A stretch of 64,000 nt of DNA from Candidatus Limnocylindria bacterium (GCA_036570125.1 DATCPK010000112.1:398-64397); one strand, 5' to 3'; positions 1 through 8,166 are shown, counted from the stretch's first letter. The notes: generated by a model from the sequence alone, not told the origin. Numbers and translations are program-made.

Positions 1-23
1 AAGGACACCTGGGTGCTCGGTTA

Positions 24-1013
24 ATGCTGTGCCGGGTCGCGGACGACATGTACTGGACCGCGCGGTACGTCGAGCGCGGTATCGCGGTGTCGCGCCTCAT
101 CGACGTGACGCGCCATCTCGAGCTCGACGTCGGGACCGAGGAGAGCGACTTCTGGGGCCCGCTCGTCGGCGCGATCGGTCTCTCGGCCGAGGACGTCTCC
201 TTCTTTCTGCTGTCGGATGAGAAGAACCCGGACTCGCTGATCTCGTGCGTCCGTCAGTCGCGAGAGCTCGCTCGCGGCATCCGCGAGTCGATCTCGAGCG
301 AGATGTGGGAGGAGCTGAACACCCTCCATCAATCGCTCGCGCTCCCCGGCTCGCAACGGCGCGCGCAGGGCGCGAGCCTGTCGTTCCAGCGTCTCGTTCG
401 CGAGCGACTCCAGCACTTTCAGGGACTCGCCGGGTCGACCCTCGCTCACGATGAGCCGTGGCACTTTCTCACGCTGGGCACATATCTCGAGCGCGCCGAC
501 GGCGTGGTCCGGCTCCTCGGTCGTCAGGCCCACCTGCTCGCGCCGCGGGCTGAGGAGGAGACGACCGACGCCGACATGGTCCGCTGGCTGGCGGTCCTGC
601 GCTCGTGCGGTTCGGCCGAGGCGTACGCGCGCTTCTACTCGCTGCGCGTCGACCCGATCCGGATCGTCGAGTTCCTTCTTTTGAACGCGGTGTTCCCGCA
701 GTCCGTCCGGTTCGCTCTCGGCGCTGCGGACGGTGCGCTGAGTGCCGTGGCCGGGCTCCGCAGCGCGGCAGAGAACGAGGCCGGACCGGCAGTGCGCACG
801 CTGGGCCGCGTTCGCGGCGAGGTCGAGCATGCGGCGATCGATGAGGTCTTCGAGGCGGGGCTGGAGGACTTCCTGTTCGGTGTCCAACGCTTGATCGCGC
901 AGGTCAGCGACGAGATCACCGCGACGTATCTCCGCGACGAGCCGCAGCCGAGCCGCCTCGTCGGAGTCGCGCGCGCGGCGATGCTGATGGCCGCGCAGCA
1001 GCAGCAGCAATGA
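24..1013 (+). CDS. alpha-E domain protein (COG2307/DUF403 family)
   Basis: 329-aa ORF. N-terminus MLCRVADDMYWTARYVERG is the conserved opening of alpha-E family proteins. ATGA overlap with the transglutaminase-like gene that usually follows it. Confidence 0.8.
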   Translation: MLCRVADDMYWTARYVERGIAVSRLIDVTRHLELDVGTEESDFWGPLVGAIGLSAEDVSFFLLSDEKNPDSLISCVRQSRELARGIRESISSEMWEELNTLHQSLALPGSQRRAQGASLSFQRLVRERLQHFQGLAGSTLAHDEPWHFLTLGTYLERADGVVRLLGRQAHLLAPRAEEETTDADMVRWLAVLRSCGSAEAYARFYSLRVDPIRIVEFLLLNAVFPQSVRFALGAADGALSAVAGLRSAAENEAGPAVRTLGRVRGEVEHAAIDEVFEAGLEDFLFGVQRLIAQVSDEITATYLRDEPQPSRLVGVARAAMLMAAQQQQQ

Positions 1014-1840
1014 AGGTACGCGTCGAGCACGTCACGCGATTCGACTACGACTCGGACGTCGTCGAGAGCGTCATCGACGTGCGGCTCGGTCCGCGCAGCG
1101 ATCCGCATCAGCGGTGGGGGCGATTCAACATCGTCATCGATCCGGCCGGGGCCGTCCGCCGCTACGGCGACGGATTCGGCAACACCGCATTCCTGGTGAC
1201 GCTGGCGCGAGCGCACCGCCATTTGGAGGTCCGGACGACCGGCGAGATCGAGACGCTTCTTGCCGACCCGTTCGCGATCCCAGCGCAGGCGCCGGATCCG
1301 CTCGGGCCATCGGCTCTCGCGGACTTCCTCGATCCATCGCCGCTCGTTCCGTTGGTCCCCGAGCTCGAGTCCCTCGCCGGGCCGCTTCGTCCTGTATCGC
1401 CGGACGACACGTTCGCCGCGGTGCAGCGCCTCACGCACCTCGTGAACCAGCGACTCGAATACGTCCCCGGCGTCACGACCGTCGAAACGACCGTCGTCGA
1501 GGTTCTCGGCGAGCCGCGCGGCGTGTGCCAGGACTTCGCGCACCTCCTGATCGGTCTTTGCCGGTCGGTCGCGATCCCGGCGCGGTATGTAAGCGGTTAC
1601 ACCGTCGCCGCCGCGAGCGGCCCGGCCCGCGGTGCCGGCGCGTCGCACGCGTGGGTCGAGGCATTCACACCGACGCACGGCTGGCGCGGATTCGACCCCA
1701 CCAACGACCTCGTCGCGAGCGCATATCACGTGAAGGTCGCGACGGGCCGCGACTATGGAGACGTCCCCCCGCACCAGGGGACATTTCGAGGTCAGGCCGA
1801 GGAGATCCTGTCGGTCGAGGTGAACACCGCGATCGCGTGA
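1010..1840 (+). CDS. transglutaminase-like family protein (COG1305)
   Basis: 276-aa ORF. Core motif GVCQDFAHLLIGLCRSVAIPARYVSGY (catalytic Cys) with downstream SHAWVE (His) and GFDPTN (Asp). Confidence 0.85.
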   Translation: MKVRVEHVTRFDYDSDVVESVIDVRLGPRSDPHQRWGRFNIVIDPAGAVRRYGDGFGNTAFLVTLARAHRHLEVRTTGEIETLLADPFAIPAQAPDPLGPSALADFLDPSPLVPLVPELESLAGPLRPVSPDDTFAAVQRLTHLVNQRLEYVPGVTTVETTVVEVLGEPRGVCQDFAHLLIGLCRSVAIPARYVSGYTVAAASGPARGAGASHAWVEAFTPTHGWRGFDPTNDLVASAYHVKVATGRDYGDVPPHQGTFRGQAEEILSVEVNTAIA

Positions 1841-2401
1841 TCAGGACGTCCGGCCGAAGTCGACATCCTTTGTCTCGACCGTGCCGGCAGTCCGGCCCGG
1901 CGCGGTCTGGTACTTCCAGTACAGGTTCGTATGCGCGATGACCTTGTCCGGCGGCGGCGCCCCCCATGAGCTCTGGTCCTCTGTCGTGTGAGCGTCGCCG
2001 ACAAGAGTGGCGTCGTATCCCCTGGCGAACGCGCCGTGGAGCGTCGAGCGGACGCACGCGTCGGTCTGCGCGCCGACGACGACGAGTCTCCCGACACCGA
2101 GGCCTGACAGCACGCTCTCGAGGGTGGTGTCTTCGAAGGAGTCGCCATAGTTCTTCTCGACGAGCGGCTCGGCTTTATCCGGGCTCAGCTCGGGAACGAT
2201 CCGCCAGTTGTCGCTCCCCTTCGCGAGCCCCTCGTCGGAGTGCTGGACCCAGACCACTGGGACCTTTTCACGTCGAGCCTTCTCGACGAGGCTGCCGACG
2301 TTCGCGACGACTGCGTCGCGCTTGTGAGCCCCCGCGACGACGCCGTTCTGGACGTCGATGACGAGGAGTGCGGTGTTCGGCCGGTTCTTGAGCGTGGTCA
2401 T
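1841..2401 (-). CDS. cysteine hydrolase (isochorismatase family)
   Basis: 186 aa. ALLVIDVQNG near the N-terminus and VVVGAQTDACVRST catalytic-Cys motif. Confidence 0.85.
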   Translation of the reverse strand: MTTLKNRPNTALLVIDVQNGVVAGAHKRDAVVANVGSLVEKARREKVPVVWVQHSDEGLAKGSDNWRIVPELSPDKAEPLVEKNYGDSFEDTTLESVLSGLGVGRLVVVGAQTDACVRSTLHGAFARGYDATLVGDAHTTEDQSSWGAPPPDKVIAHTNLYWKYQTAPGRTAGTVETKDVDFGRTS

Positions 2402-2417
2402 GGTTCCCCCCTACTCC

Positions 2418-2663
2418 CTATCGTCCGACGCGAGCCCGTGCGCCTGTGAAGTCCGTCTCCTTCACGACCTTGCCAGTTCGATCAAAGGTTCGCCACACAC
2501 CGATCTGCTTCCCGCGCTCGAAAGAGCCGCTCCGCATCAGGCTGCCGTCACGCCGAAAGAACTTCCACGGTCCGTGCATCTTGCCGTCGAGATTCGCGCC
2601 ACGAAAGCGGACGCTGCCGTTGTCGTAGTGGTCGATCGCGGGAACGCGCTTACTCGTCGTCAT
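2418..2663 (-). CDS. MORN-repeat-variant protein (YwqK-like)
   Basis: 81 aa. Repeated units GKMHGPWKFFRRDG and GKQIGVWRTFDRTG are typical of MORN-variant repeats. Confidence 0.6.
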   Translation of the reverse strand: MTTSKRVPAIDHYDNGSVRFRGANLDGKMHGPWKFFRRDGSLMRSGSFERGKQIGVWRTFDRTGKVVKETDFTGARARVGR

Positions 2664-2758
2664 CGTCCGGCCTCCGGTCTGTCACAAGGAACCGTCATTG
2701 TTGTTGACCAGCTCTTGTCATGCTCTTGGCGGACCGCTCGAAACGCCGCAAGCGACTG

Positions 2759-2831
2759 AGCCGACGGGCAGACTCGAACTGCCGACCGGCGGTTTACGAA
2801 ACCGCTGCTCTACCGGCTGAGCTACGTCGGC
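2759..2831 (-). tRNA. tRNA-Thr (anticodon CGT)
   Basis: 73-nt cloverleaf folded by hand on the minus strand. Acceptor GCCGACG/CGTCGGC, D-arm GCTC/GAGC, anticodon stem GCGGT/ACCGC with loop TTCGTAA, T-arm GGCAG-TTCGAGT-CTGCC. CCA is not encoded. Confidence 0.9.
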
Positions 2832-2883
2832 GAGGAACGCCGGTGGCAAGTTTACCGGCTGCGGACCTCCACGTTGGAGTACC

Positions 2884-2909
2884 GGAATAGGGACGGCGCG
2901 CGTTCCGTT
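2884..2909 (+). promoter_or_regulatory. SigR/SigH-type ECF promoter (GGAAT-N18-GTT) for the deazaflavin oxidoreductase gene
   Basis: GGAAT at 2884-2888, exactly 18 nt, then GTT at 2907-2909. The GTG start codon is at 2918, so the transcript would be leaderless or nearly so. Confidence 0.55.
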
Positions 2910-2917
2910 CAGGGGAT

Positions 2918-3328
2918 GTGGCCGCCGACTGGAACAAACAGACCATCGACGATTTCCGCTCGAAAGGCGGTAAAGGCGTCGGTCCCTTCGGCGACAAGCT
3001 GCTGCTGCTGACAACCAGGGGAGCCAAGAGCGGGCGGGTCCGAACCACGCCGGTCGTATATCACCGCGACGGTGACCGTTACGTCGTCGCCGCCTCGATG
3101 GGTGGCGCCCCGACGCACCCCGCCTGGTACCACAACCTCGTGAAGCATCGTGAGGCCGAGGTCGAGGTCGGCAAAGAGAAGTTCAAGGTCCGCGCAACGC
3201 CCGTCGCGAAGGGACCTGAGCGCGATCGTCTCTACAAAGCGCATGGCGCCAACTTCGCGGCGTTCAAAGATTACCCGGCGAAGACCACTCGCGTCATCCC
3301 GATCGTCGTGTTGGAGCGCGTCTCCTAG
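2918..3328 (+). CDS. deazaflavin (F420H2)-dependent nitroreductase-family oxidoreductase (DDN-like)
   Basis: 136 aa. Family-typical LLLLTTRGAKSGRVRTTPVVY, GGAPTHPAWYHNL and C-terminal RVIPIVVLE. Confidence 0.8.
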   Translation: MAADWNKQTIDDFRSKGGKGVGPFGDKLLLLTTRGAKSGRVRTTPVVYHRDGDRYVVAASMGGAPTHPAWYHNLVKHREAEVEVGKEKFKVRATPVAKGPERDRLYKAHGANFAAFKDYPAKTTRVIPIVVLERVS

Positions 3329-3358
3329 CCCGACCTCAATCCGCGAGACTCCAGCACG

Positions 3359-4591
3359 ATGGCGTCGGCACCCCTCAATAACAACGGCGACTTCATCAAG
3401 CTGTGGGCCGGCTTCACGATCGCGCGCGTCGGGAGCCAGATCACGGTCCTCGCGTTGCCCCTTACCGCAGTGCTCCTCCTCGGCGCGGGCGCCACGGAGA
3501 CGGGTCTGCTCGTGGCGGCGCAGATGCTGCCTTCGATCGTCGCGGGTCTCTTCATCGGCGTGTGGGTCGATCGTCTTCCCAGGCGGCCGATCCTCATCTG
3601 GTCGGACATCGCGAGCGCGATCGTCATCGCAAGCGTCCCACTCGCCGCTGCGCTCGGCGCGCTGAGCCTCGGGCAGCTCTACGTCGTGTCGTTCCTAGGC
3701 GGCTTGTTCGCGGTCTCGACGGACCTCGCGCGCGCCGCGATGGTCCCGTCGCTCGTCGGACGGACTCGACTCGTCGCCGCGAACAGCCGGCTCCAGGCAT
3801 CCAGCGCCGTGGCGCAGGTCGCCGGTCCGTCCCTTGGAGGGATCCTCGTTCAGACGCTCACCGCACCGATCGCCATGTTGTGGGACGCGGTGGGCTTCAT
3901 CGTGTCCGCGCTCTTCATCGCCACCATCCGTTCACCCGAAGCCTCGCGGTCACGCGAGACGGAACGCAGCGTCTGGCATGAGATCACCGCGGGCCTGCGC
4001 TGGGTGCGCGGGCAGCCGATCGTCTTTCGCTGCATAACCGCGATCGCCCTCGCGAACATTGAGTGGTTCGCCGTGCAGGGCGTCCTCGTGGTCTACGCGA
4101 CCCGCGAGCTCGGGTTGTCGCCCGCGCTCCTCGGCATCTCGCTCGCTGCGATCGGTCCGCTCAGTCTTCTCGGCGCCGGCCTCGCAGGACCGCTCACTGC
4201 GCGATGGGGACTCGGGCCGGTGATGATCGCCGCGCTCTTCCTCGAGACGCTCAGCCGGCTGCTCCTTCCCTTCGCGACCGGAACGCCGGCGCAAGCGGCA
4301 ACCGTCCTCGGAATCTCCCAGGCCCTCCTCGGTCTCACCGTGCCCCTCTGGACAGTGAGCTCCGCCAGCCTGATCCAGGCGCTGACTCCGGACCAGCTGC
4401 TTGGGCGCGTGAGCTCCGCGACGCGGTTCATCGGGTTCGTCGTGGCCCCGCCCGCCGCGTTCGGAGCGGGGATCGTCGGCGACCTCATCGGGCTTCGGCC
4501 GACACTCTTCGCCTCGGCGGTCATCGCGGCTCTTGCCTTCCTGTACCTCCTTCTCTCGCCCGTCCGTCGATATCAGCATCCGACGACGTAG
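3359..4591 (+). CDS. MFS transporter
   Basis: 410 aa, about 12 hydrophobic segments. N-terminus is MFS_3/enterobactin-exporter-like (FIKLWAGFTIARVGSQITVLALPL). Confidence 0.75.
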   Translation: MASAPLNNNGDFIKLWAGFTIARVGSQITVLALPLTAVLLLGAGATETGLLVAAQMLPSIVAGLFIGVWVDRLPRRPILIWSDIASAIVIASVPLAAALGALSLGQLYVVSFLGGLFAVSTDLARAAMVPSLVGRTRLVAANSRLQASSAVAQVAGPSLGGILVQTLTAPIAMLWDAVGFIVSALFIATIRSPEASRSRETERSVWHEITAGLRWVRGQPIVFRCITAIALANIEWFAVQGVLVVYATRELGLSPALLGISLAAIGPLSLLGAGLAGPLTARWGLGPVMIAALFLETLSRLLLPFATGTPAQAATVLGISQALLGLTVPLWTVSSASLIQALTPDQLLGRVSSATRFIGFVVAPPAAFGAGIVGDLIGLRPTLFASAVIAALAFLYLLLSPVRRYQHPTT

Positions 4592-4605
4592 CGCAGACTG
4601 TCGTC

Positions 4606-4872
4606 ATGCCGCAAGCGCTGTGCGCTCACCTCCGTCGCGCTCGGGACCACCGCCCGAACACTCCGAACGGCTGCGAAGAATGTCTTGCGACGGGGGATTC
4701 GTGGGTGCACCTTCGGCTCTGCCTGGAGTGCGGCCACGTGGGCTGCTGCGACGACTCGCCGAACAAGCACGCCACGAAGCACTACCGCGCAACGACGCAT
4801 CCGGTGATCCGTTCCTTCGAACCCGGCGAGCGGTGGCGTTTTTGCTACCCGGACGACCTCTTCGTCGAGTAA
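4606..4872 (+). CDS. UBP-type zinc-finger protein
   Basis: Only the last 88 codons of the 269-aa track ORF look real. ATG at 4606; CEECLATGDSWVHLRLCLECGHVGCCDDSPNKHATKHY is a UBP-type Zn-finger signature. The upstream part is Arg/Pro-rich and overlaps the MFS gene. Confidence 0.7.
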   Translation: MPQALCAHLRRARDHRPNTPNGCEECLATGDSWVHLRLCLECGHVGCCDDSPNKHATKHYRATTHPVIRSFEPGERWRFCYPDDLFVE

Positions 4873-4875
4873 CCC

Positions 4876-5541
4876 TTAGCGGGAGCTCGTCACACCGACA
4901 CGCGGGCACAGGTCGCGCAAGACGCACTCCGAGCATCGCGGGCGCTGCGCGAGGCACACCTCTCGCCCATGCCGGATGAGGTTCATATGCAGCGCGTACA
5001 TCTCCTCATCGGGGACGCTCTCCTGGAACGCGGCCTGCGTCGCGACCGCGTCGGAGCGCGGCGGCACGAGACCGAGCCGGATCGCGACGCGATGGACGTG
5101 GGTGTCGACCGGAAAATACGGACGGTCCAGGGAGAAGAGAAGGACGCACGCCGCCGTCTTCGGTCCCACGCCGGGGAGCGCGACGAGCGTGTCCCAAAGA
5201 TCCTGATCGGGCACGGATGTGAACGCGTGCTCGTCGAGCGGCACACCGCTCTCGCGGATCCCCCGAAGCATCGCGCGAATGCGGACGGCCTTCGTCGGTC
5301 CGAGGCCGCCGCGGCGGATCGCTTTAGCGAGCGCGGGCAGCGGCGCGTCGGCGACCTCGTCCCAGACGCCGAACCGCCGCCGTAGATCTGCGTACGCGCG
5401 ATCGCGATTCGTGTCGCTCGTGTGCTGCGAGAGCACCGTGAGAACGAGCTCTTCGAGAGGCGGGAGGTGTCGAGGTGGTGGCGGTATCCCATAGGCGCGA
5501 GCGAGACGACGCGCGATGGCGCGGAGACGCCGCCGGTCCAC
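4876..5541 (-). CDS. endonuclease III-like HhH-GPD base-excision repair protein
   Basis: 221 aa. HhH element LVALPGVGPKTAACVLLF and C-terminal 4-Cys loop CLAQRPRCSECVLRDLC (C-x6-C-x2-C-x5-C). Confidence 0.75.
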   Translation of the reverse strand: MDRRRLRAIARRLARAYGIPPPPRHLPPLEELVLTVLSQHTSDTNRDRAYADLRRRFGVWDEVADAPLPALAKAIRRGGLGPTKAVRIRAMLRGIRESGVPLDEHAFTSVPDQDLWDTLVALPGVGPKTAACVLLFSLDRPYFPVDTHVHRVAIRLGLVPPRSDAVATQAAFQESVPDEEMYALHMNLIRHGREVCLAQRPRCSECVLRDLCPRVGVTSSR

Positions 5542-5557
5542 TCACCGGAGCGTATCG

Positions 5558-5583
5558 GGAATGGCGGGAGCGTCGGGAACGTT
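5558..5583 (+). promoter_or_regulatory. SigR/SigH-type autoregulatory ECF promoter (GGAAT-N18-GTT)
   Basis: GGAAT 5558-5562, 18-nt spacer, GTT 5581-5583, lying 16 nt upstream of the sigma-factor ATG (5600). Confidence 0.6.
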
Positions 5584-5599
5584 GGGATAAAGTGACCGG

Positions 5600-6181
5600 A
5601 TGGCCGAGGACGCGTTCGAGAGCGAGGCTCTCTCTTACATCGACGCGCTGTACCGGACGGCGCTCCGGATGACGCGATCGGAGGCGGACGCAGAGGATCT
5701 CGTGCAGGAAACCTATATCCGGGCGCTCCGCTTTCGCGAGCAGTTCACCCCGGGGACGAACCTCAAGGCCTGGCTCTTCCGCATCCTCACGAACACCTTC
5801 ATCAACGCCTACCGCAAGCGGGCAAGGCAGCCCCAGACGGCTGAGCTCGATGATGTGGACGAGTTCTCGCTTTACCGGAAGATGTCCCAGGACACTCCCG
5901 GATCGAACAACGCCGACCCCGAACAGGAATTTCTGGACGGCATCGTGTCGAGCGAGGTCAAAGAGGCCCTCGCAGCCCTTCCCGAGAAGTTCCGGACCAC
6001 CGTGCTGCTCGACGTCGAGGGGTTCTCCTATAAGGAGATCGCCGAGATGGTCGGCGTGCCCATCGGCACGGTGATGTCGCGGCTCCATCGCGGCCGCAAG
6101 TTCCTACAGCAGAAGCTGTACGACGTCGCCCGAGAGCGCGGGATCGCCGCGCTCCGGACCAGCGGGCCACGACCGGACTAG
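5600..6181 (+). CDS. ECF-type RNA polymerase sigma-70 family factor (SigH/SigR-like)
   Basis: 193 aa. Region 2 [16 protein letters not shown]...[15 protein letters not shown] and region 4 [25 protein letters not shown]. Followed by a ZAS anti-sigma gene. Confidence 0.9.
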   Translation: MAEDAFESEALSYIDALYRTALRMTRSEADAEDLVQETYIRALRFREQFTPGTNLKAWLFRILTNTFINAYRKRARQPQTAELDDVDEFSLYRKMSQDTPGSNNADPEQEFLDGIVSSEVKEALAALPEKFRTTVLLDVEGFSYKEIAEMVGVPIGTVMSRLHRGRKFLQQKLYDVARERGIAALRTSGPRPD

Positions 6182-6191
6182 GGAGGGCGGG

Positions 6192-6434
6192 ATGGACTGC
6201 GACGACTGTCTCGAGAAGCTGTACTCGTTCCTCGATCAGGAGCTTGGGTCAAACGAACGTAAACAAGTCGCGAGCCACCTCGATGGGTGCACCGACTGTG
6301 GCGACAACCTCGCGTTCGAGGAGCGCTTCCTACAGGTGATCCGCGACTGCGGGACCTCCGATGTCGCTCCCGCGGAGCTCCGAAGACGCATCGCGGAGCG
6401 GCTACGGAGTGACGTTCCCCCGCCGACCGCCTGA
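6192..6434 (+). CDS. zinc-binding anti-sigma factor (ZAS, RsrA-like)
   Basis: 80 aa. N-terminal CDDC plus H-x3-C-x2-C motif (HLDGCTDC), 10 nt downstream of the sigma gene. Confidence 0.85.
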   Translation: MDCDDCLEKLYSFLDQELGSNERKQVASHLDGCTDCGDNLAFEERFLQVIRDCGTSDVAPAELRRRIAERLRSDVPPPTA

Positions 6435-6454
6435 GCTCGTTCCGGTCATGTCTG

Positions 6455-6487
6455 TTGACATCTGCAACGTGAGTGTGTCTATATAAC
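6455..6487 (+). promoter_or_regulatory. candidate sigma-70-type promoter of the 15-codon ORF
   Basis: Consensus -35 TTGACA (6455-6460) followed by the AT-rich block TCTATATAAC (6478-6487). The best -10-like hexamers sit 19-21 nt downstream, longer than the 17-nt optimum, so the call is tentative. Confidence 0.4.
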
Positions 6488-6522
6488 CTTGCAATGCGTG
6501 GCCAGAAGGAGGTGATTCCCTA

Positions 6523-6570
6523 ATGCCAGCAAAGAAGAAGGCGAAGAAGTCCTCGAAGAAGAAGCACTAA
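6523..6570 (+). CDS. 15-aa lysine-rich peptide MPAKKKAKKSSKKKH (not in ORF track)
   Basis: ATG preceded by AAGGAGGTGAT (full anti-SD complement; the GGAGG core at 6508-6512 ends 10 nt before the ATG). TAA stop is followed 9 nt later by a strong intrinsic terminator. Confidence 0.55.
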   Translation: MPAKKKAKKSSKKKH

Positions 6571-6579
6571 GAGTGTCTT

Positions 6580-6606
6580 AGCGACGACGAGAGTCGTCGC
6601 TTTTTT
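6580..6606 (+). terminator. rho-independent terminator
   Basis: Perfect 9-bp stem AGCGACGAC / GTCGTCGCT with loop GAGA. The last stem base is the first T of a six-T run (6601-6606). Confidence 0.85.
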
Positions 6607-6754
6607 AGTTTCGTGTCTGGCACCTTTCGCGAACCCGCCGATCCGCGTAGGCCTCGCGGATCGGTTTCTTTTTACCCGGGGTACGCTCCACGACATCGCA
6701 CAGCAGCGCGCTCTTCCACCCATCAACCAGATCGCCGTCGCGGTCGGCGTTCTC

Positions 6755-7102
6755 GTGGCGGCCGCGGTCGCGTCCCTCCTCCGTCTGGCGGCCTCGTCCT
6801 CTGCACCGAACTTTGGTATCGCCGCGCCGCTTTGTGGTATCACCCTCGGCGCCTTCATCGCGGGAAAAGTGGCCAAAAATGGGGGTCTTTTCCACGGAGC
6901 CCTCGTTGGGGTCGGTTATGTCCTCGTCGAGGCAATCGGTCTCGCGCCGGCGCCACTCGACCCCTCGGGCGATGGTCTCGCCGAGGGTCTTTCGATCATC
7001 GCGGGCGACGCTCTCCTGCTCGCACTCGCGGCTCTGGTTGGTTGGCTCGCAGCGCCGCAGGCAACGTCTTCGTCTTCTTCGGGTACGGGCAGAGGTCGAT
7101 GA
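6755..7102 (+). CDS. small polytopic membrane protein (TIGR04086/YrzE-like, tentative)
   Basis: 115 aa. GAFIAGKVAKNGGLFHGALVGVGYVLV resembles that family. The in-frame upstream sequence (INQIAVAVGVL) looks like the start of TM1, so the true start is uncertain. The 3' end overlaps nth convergently. Confidence 0.5.
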   Translation: MAAAVASLLRLAASSSAPNFGIAAPLCGITLGAFIAGKVAKNGGLFHGALVGVGYVLVEAIGLAPAPLDPSGDGLAEGLSIIAGDALLLALAALVGWLAAPQATSSSSSGTGRGR

Positions 7103-7751
7103 TCGGACAGATCGGGCAGAGCGGAGTCGGTCTGCAGATGCGACGACCGTGGAGAACGAAGCACCACGTCGCCTTGATCCAGTCCTTCTTCGGGTAGATC
7201 GCCCGAAGGCTCGCCTCGATGTCCGGACCCGCGCGATCGAGTCGGAGCCGGTCGGCCACGCGCTCCACATGCCGGTCGACGGCCACCGCGGGGACCCCAA
7301 ACGCCGCTCCGAGGACGATCGATGCCGTCTTGCGACCGACTCCATGCAGCCGCGTGAGCCCGTCCATGTCGGACGGAACCTCGCCGCCGAACTCCTCGAG
7401 GAGGCCGCGCGCCATCGCGCGAAGCGATTTCGCCTTCTGGTTGAAGAAGCCGGTCGCCTTGATGTCCCGCTCGAGGACGCCCGCCGGCGCCGCGGCGTAG
7501 TCCGCCGGGCTCCGGTACTTCGCGAACAGGACCCGGGTGACTTCGTTGATCCGCTCGTCCTGCGCCTGCGCGGCGAGGATCGTCGCGACGAGCAGCTCGA
7601 GCGGCGACGAGAAGACAAGGGTGGGTCCCCAGTCGGGGTTGGCCTTCGCGAGGCGGGTCAGGATCTTCCGGGCACGTGATCGGATCGCGGCATCTGGGCG
7701 GGTGACGCGGGGCTTCGGTCGTTTGGGCCGCGCCGGCATCGGCTGAACCAT
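6996..7751 (-). CDS. nth: endonuclease III
   Basis: HhH LTRLHGVGRKTASIVL, catalytic-region AVDRHVERV, 4-Cys cluster loop CRPTPLCPICPIIDLC. Start placed at MVQPMPARPK (ATG 7751); the track ORF extends to 7832. Confidence 0.85.
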   Translation of the reverse strand: MVQPMPARPKRPKPRVTRPDAAIRSRARKILTRLAKANPDWGPTLVFSSPLELLVATILAAQAQDERINEVTRVLFAKYRSPADYAAAPAGVLERDIKATGFFNQKAKSLRAMARGLLEEFGGEVPSDMDGLTRLHGVGRKTASIVLGAAFGVPAVAVDRHVERVADRLRLDRAGPDIEASLRAIYPKKDWIKATWCFVLHGRRICRPTPLCPICPIIDLCPYPKKTKTLPAALRANQPEPRVRAGERRPR

Positions 7752-8166
7752 ACTCGCGGCCGCTCGAGCGAGGTGCTGAGCTGCCCCGCTCGGAGATCCG
7801 CCCAGGTAATGAGAGCGCGGAACGCACGGCACCAGGCCACGACGCTCTGGTAGCTCGCCACGTCGGCGGTCCCGGCAGCTCGTAATAAAAGGAGCCGTTC
7901 GTCGCCAAGCTCGCCTGACCGCAGCAGGCGCATAGGCGCTGACGGCTCCCCCTGGCGAGGCGTCAGGGAACCAGTCGAGCTGGCGGCGGCCGAAGCCACT
8001 GACGGCGGCGCCTCATTCCTATAGGTATGCACGAGGAGCGGCGAGGCCAAATACCCGACGACGGCGGAGAGCGCCGTGAGCGTGAAGAGCGCACCAGCGA
8101 GTCCAGTTGGGTGGGCGGAAAAAGAAGGGCCGACTTCTCACGAGCACATGCGGGCGCGTCCCTTGA

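Noticed and set aside
21-1774. Long ORFs antisense to or out of frame with recognisable genes (for example 21-1010 minus, 635-1774 minus, 25508-27106 minus, 28427-29659 plus, 39537-41372 plus, 50784-51788 plus)
   Set aside because: Their translations are low-complexity and rich in Arg, Pro, Ala and Gly. They lie opposite genes with clear family motifs. This is the usual artefact of stop-poor frames in high-GC DNA.
7658-8050. 130-codon minus-strand ORF (TTG start) in the nth/liv intergenic region with fairly high GC3 and one hydrophobic segment just upstream
   Set aside because: There are no recognisable motifs and no SD, and its 3' end overlaps the nth 5' region. I cannot support it as a gene from the sequence alone.
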